A stretch of DNA of 64,000 nt from Lytechinus pictus (lineage: Eukaryota): the NCBI RefSeq assembly GCF_037042905.1, contig NC_087251.1:31808001-31872000 (forward strand), read 5' to 3'. A model generated the notes under the pieces. That model was not told the origin of the DNA and made no database searches. It saw only the letters and a list, made by a program, of their open reading frames with translations. Shown here piece by piece: positions 27,313 to 40,656 of this stretch (within the stretch, counting starts at the first letter, position 1; every line of letters begins with the position of its first letter). Position numbers and translations under genes: made by a program.

Positions 27313-30300
27313 CTAAAACAGGAAGATAATAGGCATCGTCAAAACATAGTACAGATCAGACACAAACAATAACACTCACAGCCAGATACACAGCACAAAA
27401 TTCAGTCATGAATTGAACACTTTCAGTTAAACTGATTGATAATTTCTCATGGCTGGATGAACGCGGCCAATTCCATATTTCCAAGTAATCTATTTCACAT
27501 CACAAAGATGCATGAAAGAAAATGGGAACAACTCAACCACTGTTCATTTCGTACAGCAGCACTGCATTCAGTCACAAGAATTGGTTCCCTGTTTCCACCT
27601 TCATTCACTTCGTACACAAGTGCGCACATACATTACATGTACTAATCGACGAGTGGTTCCCCAAACCACAATCTGGTCAAATGATAGATGCTGATGAATT
27701 TGTCTTTTAAATATAGGAGTATATAAAGAATAAACAAAATGCCACCTTACATGTATAGACATGTAATGGTTTGATACCCCAAGCATTACCAGATACTAGC
27801 TGTGTTCTATCCAAGGCCAACTTGTCCAAGACCAACTGAACGTCCAAGGCCAGGGCCGGACATTTAATGACAAGGCTGGATGAAGCACATTATCAACTTA
27901 AATACAACATTTGGTATATTTCATTATATACCCTTTCAAGAATCTACCTTCTTCTTGTACTTATACATTTTTTAAATCTCAAATAAAGTTTGTTCGATTT
28001 ACTTCTGAAATCCCACCAATTGAAGGCCTCATACAAATATAATCAAAATTACAAACTATAAAAAGTATCAGCCAAAATCATAATAGACAGATCATTAATG
28101 GACATGTAGGACGATATGTGTACATATACTGGCAATAAAAAAAACATTAAATTCTTTTATATTTCATGAATATTCAAGAAAATCACACTAAGATTATCAT
28201 ACAATTCAATGCCAGGAAACATAAGTATACCGGTATTTAATACAATGATAATACTATTCATAGGGTATTTTATTCTGGCATTCAAAGCGCATACGTAGAC
28301 TGACTCACTAAAAACGAGCATTTCTGCACAAACTGATTTCTGCGAGCTTTACATAAACGGTCAGTTCTCACCCAAATGTAACAATCTGTCAAATTTGTTG
28401 CTTTTATTGGGTAGATGAGACCCAAACCCAAGAATATATGTGAAAAAATTATCCCATGTTGTATCTTTTTCAATTCCCAAGACCTTTTCAAAGTGTAAAC
28501 TTTTTATTGATACGCACTGTATTATAGCAGCAGTGCTGACTTTGAAAACAACTAATATGAATAATTTTTCATGAAAAAGACCAGTCATTTTTTAATGAAT
28601 TACTAAGTTTTGTAACCTCAAATGACCTTTGACCTTGGTCATGTGATCTGAAACTCAAGCCAGATGATCAATGATACTTGATTACCCTTAAGTCCCAAGT
28701 TTAATGAAAAAGGCAATATGAAGACATCTTCAAAAACTTAATCTATGAAGTTTTCAATGTTGAATTGCAAAAGCAATATATACAGAAAATACCCAAACTT
28801 AGAGGGCAGAGCCAGAATACGCCCCCCCCCTTCCAGCTGTATAGATGGGTTTAAATAACTTTACTCTATTATTAGTGATAAGATAAATGAAATTCACAAA
28901 TTGGAACGATACAAAACAAAAATAAAATCAATACTTGTCTCTCTATTTATGTATTGTAGTTAAAAATCAACATCATATTTTTCATATATTATTCTGAAGA
29001 TGAAGAACATCCCCCTCCATTACAATATTCAAGGCAGGTGTTTATTAAAATGAACAAATGAAATTCATTCAGTTTTCTAAAAAGATAATGAAAAGGCAAT
29101 GTGAAATATCAGAACATTACATTAGGTGATGTGATGAAATATACTCGTTAGTCCTCTTTCTTCTTCCATCATTCTGTGGCTAACAGCACATTAGGCGCCA
29201 CAGTAATAAATCTAATTCATGTAACAGGTAGGGGACGAGATGGCCTAAGCCAGGGCACATCAACACCGCCCCATTTAGCCAATTACCACTGCCTTGCTGT
29301 GAAACCCGATACATATTCACCACTTTTCATTAGCTAGCCAGCCAGCAAGTTTGCCTATCAGTGAGTGAGCCTGCCTGAACGCTACTGGCCTTCTCCTGCC
29401 CGTGTATATGATGTACGGATGACTTGGCATGATGACTGAAGATACTGGTTGATGGTGGCGAGATCAAGGGAGAAAAACTCTCGTTAAATTTGTAAGGGAT
29501 TACTTCACCTTTATGATACCACGTTCTACCTTGCAACGGACTTTATTATCGAGGTTTCCAGCACCTTAAACCATCAAAGAATGCAGAATGAAATGCCAAG
29601 AGTCATACCAGAAATAGCTTTTTACTTTCACTTAACACTTCTCAAGATCTCAAATGAAGGTAGGCAGTATGTGACATACCCTATACACATGTAGCGTCAA
29701 TCATTAAGACATGTTCTATAGTTTGTTACAAAAAATGTCCCAGGAATAATGAAAGTCCATAAAGATCCATTTCTTACAGTCATTCTACAAAATGCTCCTG
29801 TAACAATTACATGGAGTGTACTTGTATGAGTGTACAATTTGAATGTCAGTTGTTTCACTAACTTCTGACATACTGCTCTTTTTTATTAACTCTACATCTG
29901 ATGAAGATAGCAACACAATATACAATGGCTCGGCTATGACCTTTATACAGGTTATTCAAAAAATTGCTTTCAATTAGTCTGATATAACATTATGAATCCT
30001 TATATTTTAAAAAATCAGGTGTAAAATATTGCCAGTTTTTACATGTATTTTCAGTTTTACGAGGTAAGCTTTCTTGTGTTTTAGCAGTGTCCTATGGTAC
30101 TCTCTCAAAAAGTCACTTCACATCCGACATTTTTCTGAAACTCTGACTTTAATCTCATGTCAAATACCAATTAAATAACATTGAGCCATGTTTGTAACCC
30201 CTTTTCTAATAATGAAGCACATAATGATAGGAACATGACGTGATGCTAGCAAGGTTCGCATTCATTGAGCATTGGTGTCACCCTTGGTATTTAGATGAAC

Positions 30301-30464
30301 TCTACGTGACAGACCTAGAGACAGCAATCCTCTCACTCCTGCACTGTCTTTGCCACCTATCAATTCTTCCCCAATCCCTTTCTCAATACAAGTTACATCT
30401 CTTTCCAGACACTATCATACCGTACTTTTCCCAGGTGTCTGTTTTATCCCCCCCCCACTTCTAC

Positions 30465-31490
30465 ATGCATGTACCTTTACCTGTCCTGTCTCTATCACCC
30501 CCTCCCAAAGAAACACAAACACACACACTCTTCCCAATTCTGCATGTACCTTTACCTGTCTTGTCTCTATCACCCCCCAAAAACACAAACACACACACTC
30601 CTTCCAGTTCTGCATGTACCTTTACCTGTCTTGTCTCTATCACCCCCCAAAAACACAAACACACCTTCCAGTTCTGCATGTACCTTTACCTGTCTTGTCT
30701 CTATCACCCCCCCCCCCCCCGAAACACAAACACACACACTCCTCCCAGTTCTGCATGTACCTTTACCTGTCTTGTCTTTATCACCCCCCCCCCCAAGAAA
30801 CACAAACACACACACTTCTTCCAGTTCTGCATGTACCTTTACCTGTCTTGTCTCTATCAACCCCCCCCCCAAAAAAAAAACCACACACACACTTCTTCCA
30901 GTTCTGCATGTACCTTTACCTGTCTTGTCTCTATCAACCCCCCCCCCCCCAGAACCACACACAATCCTTCCAGTTCTGCATGTATCTTTACTTGTCTTGT
31001 CTCTGTCACCCCCCCCCCCCAAAAAAAAAAAAACACACACTCCTTCCAGTTCTGCATGTACCTTTACCTGTCTTGTCTCTATCACCCCCAAAAAACACAA
31101 ACACACACACTTCTTCCAGTTCTGCATGTACCTTTACCTGTCTTGTCTCTATCAACCCCCCCCCCCAAGAAACACACACAATCCTTCCTATTCTGCATGT
31201 ACCTTTACCTGTCTTGTCTCTATCACCCCCCAAAAACACAAACACACACACTCCTTCCAGTTCTGCATGTACCTTTACCTGTCTTGTCTCTATCACACCC
31301 CCCTCCCAAGAAACACAAACACACACACTCCTTCCAGTTCTGCATGTACCTTTACCTGTCTTGTCTCTATCACCCCCCCCCCCCCCCCGAAACACAAACA
31401 CACACACTCCTCCCAGTTCTGCATGTACCTTTACCTGTCTTGTCTCTATCACCCCCCCCCCCCACACATACACACACTGCTCCCACTTCT
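30465..31490. repeat. Minisatellite, ~14 units of ~63-80 bp
   Basis: Unit is TTCCAGTTCTGCATGTACCTTTACCTGTCTTGTCTCTATCA(C)n(A)nCACAAACACACACAC. Degenerate units continue to ~31700. Confidence 0.95.
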
Positions 31491-34400
31491 ATATGTAGTA
31501 GTAGTAGTTGCAGTTTATTCTTTATTATAAAATCACATCCATCAGCAGACGGCCAGCCTACAAAGGCCTATGAGTGATGACATCAAAAAGTTACATAATT
31601 ATGTACCTTTACATATCTTTGTCTCTATTACCCCACACACACACACACACACACTCCTCTCACCTTTACCTGTCTTGCCTCTATCCTCTCCAACACACAT
31701 ACACTCCTCTCATTTCAACATAGGGGTACACGTTTTAAATATGTCTTGCCTCTCCCGACCATGTCAATTTGAGCTGCTCTTTCCCTTTTATTGATTTGAA
31801 TATTACATGAATGATACCTCCCATTATGAAAGCTGATTTATTTCATGTAACACCTGCAAACAAGATACCATATTCAATACATTTCAAACAAGTCTACGGA
31901 TTTCCATTATACCTAACAAAAAAGAGAATGCTTTCAAAAAAAAATAATAAATAGGCCTATCCTTGCAATACAATGTAGTACAGCAACAGATTTTACATGT
32001 GTTTGTACATACATGTATAGCATGAGAAAATACTTTTTAGTACATAAAATGTGTTTTCTGTACTCTCATTGAAGACACCCCATGATATCCATTCGTCATT
32101 AAAGCCCTTGAGGAAGCCAGACTATATGTAGTAACATGGAGTGAGAAAAATGGGATGAGGTAGAAAATGTATCAAGGGCGTGCATTTGCTGTATGTGGAT
32201 CAAAGTAGGTCCATGATCAAACACAGTTTGGTAACATTCTCATCAAGTTCTCATAATGCATGCAAAAGTTATCTACTAAAATTACCCCAAACCCCCCCCC
32301 CTTCCTTAGTTGTCTTGAAATATCAACTAAATGAGAAGAAAGAGTACACCCCAGGGGGCCGTTTCATAAAGCTGTTTGTAAGTTAAGAGCGACTTTATGC
32401 GCTAAACCATCCCCAATTTATTATACCATTTACCAAAAGAAAGGATCACCAGTCGTTCTTAAAGTCGCTCTAGTCTTATCTTACGAACAACTTTATGAAA
32501 AAACCACCAGATCTGCTCCTTGAACTGCCTTATGTCCATGTTGAGTTCAAATATCAACTGAACAATAATAAAGATAAAGAAAGTAAAATACCCTTTGAAG
32601 ATACCATTTTTTAAATTAATGATTCCTCAATGTGACAGGAACGTGAACAGAACGTGCCAGAACATGACCGTAGTATTTATAATTATTTGAAATGAATTAA
32701 AATTGAATTGAAAAGATATTGCATGTGGCCGCATTCAAGTGCAATTTTACATCAACGAAGGAGTTCTAGGGCCCGTTTCATAAAACTTGTTATAATAACA
32801 AATTTGCAATAACAATTAAAAGCTAATGAAATCGTTCAATCTGACTGGCTAATAGTAAATTTGTTATAGAAATTGTGCATTTATATCATTATCATAACAA
32901 TTATTTATGAAAAGGGTCCCTGGGCTCTGTAATTCAAGGTTCATTGATTAATCATACAAGATAATTGATTGCAAATTATGGATTAATTTATTCAATTGTA
33001 AAAATCAACATCAATCGTTAAGATTTGTGTTATGGGGCCATGATTTAAAAGCATATATCGTATGAATAACTTGAAAGGCTCCTTGAACATGTAGTTGTCT
33101 GTACTGAAATAGCATATTGAATTTGAAGTGTAAATAAGTAATGATTAGAGCGAATGTAAAACAGGTGAATACATGTTAAGTGGCCATCTTGACATGTGAT
33201 AGCAGACTTTACAGGAGGGGGATAGATCAAGGAGGATGGCTAGTTATTAGATGAGCGCATTCCGCGAATTGCTCGCTTGCTGGCCTGTGTTATGCTCTGT
33301 CTATGGCCTAAACCAACATGCTAGCTTATTATGCATGCAGTCCGTCGTCGGCAGCGGCAGTCGATTTTCATGTGCACGATTATTTTGTGTGTGAGTGCAC
33401 ATGTGTATAATAGAGGCGGCATGTGTACTGCAACCTCTATGTATGCCTGATTGAAGCTTGTGTGAGTGTGTGTCTGTATATGACATGAGCGAGTGTGTGT
33501 GTCTATGATGAGGGTGGGTATCCCTGTACATGTGTTGGGGTGGGTGTGCGTATGTTATCAAGGAGATGGGTGTGTAGAGAAACATATATGAATCTGTTTT
33601 TACTACCATATTGTAAAATATCATCTTGTACCCTCAAATCTTATCATCTACTGTAAAAAAAAAAAAAAATACGTAAACAGTAATGGAATCTCCAGTCCCA
33701 AACTTACTCATCAAAATATCTCCAAAAATGAATTTATGCAATATAGCCTACACGTGGGTAATGAAGAAAAAGGATATTCTTATCATTGTTGAAGAAAAAA
33801 TAGAATAACATTATTATCAAGTTCATTTCTAACCAAAAATACTTAGAGAAAGCTTTTGAGGGCTCTGTTGTCATGATCTACTATTCCTAGAAGACACTGT
33901 ACTCTGACTTTCATCTCTTCTATGCAAGATAGGTACATGGTACACTGCATCTGTTCCTGTAAGCTGTTCGTGTGGGCCTACATGTAGATATACATGTATA
34001 GCAATTATTTAAAAAGGGTACTAAATTGTATTAATCCCATAAATCCCTAATTACAGGTTTAGCCATTTTTTTGCAAAATGTATATTCCATGTTTCACAGT
34101 TTTTCAATTTGTCATACAAACTGGTTTGTGAATGTGGTTGGTTTACATGCACACCTGGTTTCTGATGTTTGGATGAAGCTATAAAAAATGACCTCATTAA
34201 AACAAAATAGCTTTATACCAATCTATTTGATACCAGTAAGCTAATGTTTGATTTACCTGTTTTACAAGTCACCTAATCCAATACGGCCATTGTCACACAG
34301 AAAGACAACTTAATCTAAATGATGAATGTTTTAGTAAGCAACAAGTCTTCAACAGATGAATTGTTGACCCTTTGCGTGCTAATGTTGCCATTTTGAAATT

Positions 34401-37400
34401 CAACGTAATAATTAGTTTTCTCCCCTACCTTAAAATCAGATAAGCTAATAAAAGGCAATAGTTCTTTAATAACATCTATATAATGATAATAAGTATCAAT
34501 AGTACAATATGGATATCTTGAATTAAAGAAAATAACATGGGAACAATTGTTAATATTATCCCCCAAAAATTAATTCACCGTGCAAAGAGTTAAACAAAAT
34601 TTTGAGAATTTCTTCATTACTGCAGAGTGCAGACTAGTCAGACCAGAGCAAATAGAATTAACACGAGTAGGAGGTATATGTTGTGTTTTACTCAATGAAA
34701 CTAAATCAGCTTCAATTACAATCCAGTTCTTATAAGTTTGAAACATGTTATTTTTTTAAATTCTATTTATTGAAATTCTATTTTCATGTTTAGTGGTTGT
34801 AAGACATTGAAGATATATGCTCATTTCTAAAATCTTGTATTCATCATGATAAAATGTCTACATGTACACAAGGTAGTCTATGTTTGTATGACTGAAAACT
34901 TAATTACAAAACACAGAAAATAAACAAGATCAGCGGTGCAGTGTTCAGTGTCGAAAATATAAAGCTCATTAATTGTTGATCGTCTATAAAATTTTGCTTT
35001 TCTTAGCGCAGCTTTGGTGCGCAGTTTGACCCATCACAAGAAAGGTCTATTCTGGCAACTGCTTGTGAATAGGCTTCCACTGCGGGAGCATATTTAAAGA
35101 CATTTTAAAACTCAATCGTGTTCAATGTCGCATTCGCGATATTGAAGGTCATAAAATCTAAGCTGATCATGTTTACAAACGCATCTTTTTTTACATTTAA
35201 ATTTTCCTCCAAATCGTGATTTCAAAGACCCTTTCTTCTACGACCGGGAACGGAGTACTTTAAAACACACCCTTTATTTCTCATTATATTGCATTTTGTA
35301 ATCACATTTTCAATCATGATTCACTTTGTCATTTAAATTTGGAAACTGACATTGAACACACTCTAAACTCTATAGGCTACAGCAGGACAAAAATTTTCTG
35401 TTCCATTAGTTTCAATTTCAATCTCACTCCTACAAATCTTAGCCACTACTTAACACTAAATTTGGTAGTGCACACCGCCACTTTGTTTGCAGAGCTACTT
35501 GAGTAAACCTGTAAGAAACAGAAGAAATTAAGCTCAATTTTACTGGAAATAAACTGATGAAGAAAGAAGAAAACAAATTATAAGTCAAGTCACAAGTTTT
35601 AAAAACTTACAGCATCAGTTTGGTTCATGAATTTGCTATTTTTTGTTACTTTCTACATGTTTTAGAGCATTTTGTGTCACGACGAAAAACCACTTCACGA
35701 GAGCCACAGGTCTTTGTCATTGTGTAAGCTCAAGATTGAAACTTATGAAGCAGAGACAGAAAAATGTAGTCTAGTATATACAGCATTAATGAAACTAATA
35801 ACGGTACCAACAAGTCAAATGACACCGATTACCAATTAATTACACATACATGATTTCTCTGTTCCCTCTTTTTAAATGTGTACCATAGATATGAATCAAT
35901 TTATTCCATTATTTTTAAATGAAATCAATAACCACTTATCAGTTAATGACATCTATAAATGTGACACATCGCTATAAAAAATATCCTTGGAATCTGTTAC
36001 ACTGCTCAGAGCGTGTGAAGTGTTTGCAAGAAAGCCCCTTTCATAGTGGCTCTAACAGCCTCTTTGCAGGAGAGTGGACAATGTCATGTGCACTCATAAA
36101 ATCAACAGAATAAATGCCCAATTTTTGACCAACACTGGGTAACATACTGTCCACACAACTATTGGTTAAAATTCACCAGACTGAAGTTGGGTAATCAGAT
36201 TGTGGTTGTTTAATTTCTAAGGCCATTGCCCAATTCTAAAAAAATACACAACCAATCAGCTTTCAGCTCCCACTATACCTGGTTATTTCATGTAACTTAC
36301 TTTTTAACCGATATGACTTTACAGATTACGGTAGCTTAAACTATCACAGAAGTACACATGTACATTATCACATAACTTACATTATATCCCTCTTATGAAT
36401 ATTCATGAGTATTCTAGATAAAAGATTGGTCAATTCGTGATCATGTGACAAAGTATAATTTCAATAGGAAAACACAACGCTGCAATTAGCTTCGTATAGT
36501 TTTCTTGTAGCTAAGTATATTTTTCGATATACTTTCATGGGCAGAACTGCGCATGCTCATGCTCGATATTTTCTCTCAACTTTGAATTGTGCATGCTCCC
36601 TGACTTGACCCAGATATCTATCATTCGCAAAAAGTAAATAAAGTAAAAATAATACAAGCTCTCGCCCAAATTACCGTATCGACAATCTGAAAAACAGTGT
36701 GGAATTGAGGTCTAGATTACAATGCAAAAAATCTAATTCCGACGGCCATTCATACAGGATCGTTTAATTTGGAATAAAAAATACCTAACAAGGTGAGTCA
36801 AGATCCTCTACTAATTTTTAGAGCATACATTTTAACTGCACGTATTTATTTTGAGTGCCACTGCAGCAACGGCCAACGCAGCGCAGCGGACCTCTCATTA
36901 AGTGCAGGCGGGTAGAAGGCGGGTAGAAGCCGCGCGCAGCCTACCCAGGAACTGTCTAGCATTAGCTCGACAGGCCTAGAGTAGGACTAGGTACGGCAAC
37001 GTTAGATTTGGTCGAGATAAGTTAGAAATCAGCAAGGACTAGGTCCACAAAGTTAAAGAGGGATATAAAATGAATATATCAGGCATTTCTTTCGAAAGCA
37101 TAGTGGGAATTACATGTATTAATCCTCGGTTGGACTAGCAATGTAACTATTTTCCCCTCGGGGCCGGGAAAAATAGCAATTGCCAGTCCAACCTCGGATA
37201 AATAATTCCCACTTATACTTTCTCAAAGCCTGATATATTTGTATAATATGGCCACGTCCTAGCTACCATAGGAATCAGTCTTAACCAACCTAAGAATATG
37301 TTGCATTTGGTGCTAGTTAGCAAAATCATATTAACTTTCTTTTAAGGTTAGAAAAAGATACTGTGCATTCCTCCACAAAAGTTTCTCAAAACTATTGTGA

Positions 37401-39223
37401 ATGAATATTGACGGAAACTATTTCATTACAGTTTTATTTATTCGGAATTTAATTAACTTCACTATGCATGGGACCAGCAATGATTTCACAAAAATGCAAA
37501 ATGATAATAAAAAAAGACCAAAGCTTTCTGACTCAACTTCCCCAACTATGGAATGACAAAAAAGATGACCAACCTGAAGCAGGATAGTAATCTTTGCGAA
37601 ATTACCAACTCTCAGATGCCCAATGAAATTCACAAAACTTCGGTGAAAATGTTCCTAGGTCTCCAATATTTACCAAATAATGGTTGTTAATAAACTGAAA
37701 TTATGCTCAGATGAGTAATGGTTGCCCATAATTCTAATACTTTTTGACTAACCAACAATTCACCAACTAAATTTACTAAACTTTTATATAGTGCACAGCC
37801 GTATGCATTGGGGGAGCGGGCAATCGCCCACCCCCTCCCCCAACTCGCCAGAAATTTTGAATAAACAATTTCAGAAGATTCACCAAAAGTGTGAACACAA
37901 TTCTTCAATGTCACTTTAGAAATTGTAGAAGTCCCTCCATTACAAGCTTGGTTGCTTCGCTTCCTCAATTTTGTGTTTCTTTTTTTTTAATTACACATCC
38001 CCCTGGAAAAAAATTTCTGTATGCAGCCATGATAGAGTGTACATCATTACTACCATGACAATAACAAATCCATTCTAGCTCATTATACCCATCTGATACC
38101 AGGTACTGTAATTAGTAATTGAGTAATCATCGCTCCCAATAGGCCCTAAAAACCAACCTTGATAATGCCAAATGAACTACACATATAATAATTAGATTTA
38201 CATCAATTGATCACCGACCATTCATTGATACAGTAACATGTACATTGATGAGGAATGAGAGCTACATGGTGTCCATGATACTAGAATCAATATGAATCTT
38301 CCTTGCTATAAATTATGAGTTTTAAGATTTGGTCTTTGGTTAAATTTTGATGGCTGCTAAACACTGTAAAAATGCTGTTTGAAATATTAAGCATGCCATT
38401 CAAGCATCATTCTAACAACTGCTGTTTGAAATTTTAGACAAGTTGTTTAAGCAAGTTTTTTTTAGTTGTTTGGCAGAGTGATGGCAGAGATGCCATTAAT
38501 GGTTACTTTTATGCAACAGGGCCAAGATTAAAAAACTAATACTTTTGTTACTTAAAAAGATAAAGAGAGTATACTGATCTACTATACCCTTTCCATTTCG
38601 TGTGAACTAACATGGTGTAGCAAATCAGAGAAAATTAACTACTAGTTTACTAGAATGGAATTACTATGGATAAGAACTGGTATATATCAATAGTTCCTTT
38701 CCTAAATCCTAAATTGTACTAAGGCCCCCCATTTCATAAAATTTGTTATCAATATAACAAATAAGCTAAAGTAATCATTTGATTTGATTGGCTGATCAGA
38801 AACTGTGCATTTGTTATTATAACAAAGTCTCAATGAAACAGGCCCCTGAACAGAGTTGATTATGATTTCTTTCCTTTTCTGTCTGCAGAAACTTAACACT
38901 GGGATCAAAAATAAAAGTAAAACAATTTCTTGACAATTTTCCATCAGAAAGTGCATACAATAGTTTTTCTTTATAGACAGTGCCTACAGGAGGTTCATGA
39001 TTTTTGACACAATTTGACTTCTTTAAAAACATAACTTCCTGAAGCTTAACAACTGACAGATAGACAGAAAAGCCTGCAAACTGAAATGTGCGATTTCTTA
39101 TTCCTGTACGGGAAACGGAAGCAGGATGTCAGCATTCAAAAAGAGTTCAGAGATCAACTGAATAAAGGGTCCTTTTCACACTCCAAATAATCTTCTCATA
39201 ATAATACTTATAGTATGAACATT

Positions 39224-39646
39224 AGGCGGTGCTGCACCATCCCGAGTTGGCTTAATCTCGAGATTTTAGCCCGATCGGCCCTCTTCGCAATTAATCTCGA
39301 GATTCAAGAAACCCCGTCTCCACCATCGCAAGAGCGATTCCTGCTTGAGCGAGGCATCGATGCATTATGGTCTGATGCCGTGAATAAACAATCCCAAGTG
39401 CGTCTGCACCTGCGAATTAGCGCGAAAATTCGTAAAATAGCGTGCTATTTTGCAAATAATCCCAAGTTGACTTGGGATTGCAATCTCGAGATTAATCCTA
39501 CGAACTAGCGCGATAATTGCGTCTCCATTACAGATAATCTCGAGATTGTTCATCTCATCTCGAGATTGTTCATTGTTGATCGGGATAATTTGCCGGATCA
39601 GAAATAGCGCGCTAATTTGAAAACTCGGGATGGTGCAGATGGCCCT
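39224..39646. mobile_element. PIF/Harbinger-like MITE
   Basis: TIR ...CTGCACCATCCCGAGTT / AACTCGGGATGGTGCAG... with 3 bp flanks ATT / ATT. Internal AATCTCGAGATT palindromes. Confidence 0.75.
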
Positions 39647-40277
39647 ATTATCACTTCAACAATGATTCTTTGACAGCACTGCATAATATTTCCCGTTTTA
39701 GAATGCCGTCAAGCAATTTTACTTGCTACCAGTGTAGCAGGTGGGTGTTTCACAACGCTTTAAAGAGCAACTTTACGAGCGAATGGTGAACCTTTCTAAT
39801 GCGCTAAAATAATCACCGATGAACATTTAATGGTGACTATCATTTATAACAAGAAAGAACCACCAGTCGCTCCTAAAGTGACTCTTGATATTCGAAGAGC
39901 TTTATAAAACGGAACCCTGAGGCCTATCTTACAAAGAGTTGCAATTGATGCGATCAATCGCAACTATGGAAAGCCAGCAAAGTCAACATATAAAATGCAT
40001 GTTTGTTTAACAATTTTTCTTGATATGAATGTACATATCCATAATTTCATTGATTTCTTGACAGTTTGGTGTGCTCTCCTTCATTTACAAAGGACATTTT
40101 GCATATTTTGGAGAAAAAATTATGACACTGATGGATTTCCATAGAGTTGCAATTGATTAGATCAACCATAACTCTTTGTAAGATGGGGCCCTGGTCTGGT
40201 AGAACCTTGCAATAACACTCTGAGAAATATATATGGCAAGCTTCATATTTTTTTAATGTGGTGGTTAGAGGAGTTAA

Positions 40278-40656
40278 AGTGATTGGTTAACATTGTTTGA
40301 CTTTTAAAAAATCTGAGCTAGAAGGTCACACTTGTCACCTGTGTCTGTGATATGTTACAAAAATGAAGCCCAGAAAATATTGCATTCAAATATAATTATT
40401 TAGTGCTTCAAAAATTGAAATATAAAGTGACCGAAAACACCATCTTAATTTCATCCCATACACTTGTATGTGTACTATTTAGGCGTCTATAAGACGCCTA
40501 TTTACAAAATCGGGGTTTGCCTTGTAGTTTTAGCTTTTCATTCTCAATAATGGTTGTTTTCAGGGTTTATTAGTTCTAATACATGCACTTGTACACATGT
40601 TTCATCTTGGTTTGAGAATTTTTTTAATCGGCTGCTCACAAAGTTAAACAATACCT
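40278..40656. mobile_element. TTAA-flanked Kolobok-like MITE, third family
   Basis: TTAA|AGTGATTGGTTAAC...GTTAAACAATACCT|TTAA with an imperfect TIR. Confidence 0.6.

Noticed and set aside
30240..31577. Long ORFs (445, 382, 353 aa) and a CRISPR-like look of repeat plus spacer
   Set aside because: All three frames are open only because the minisatellite lacks stops. The spacers are homopolymer variants of each other, not unique sequences. There are no cas genes and the context is eukaryotic.
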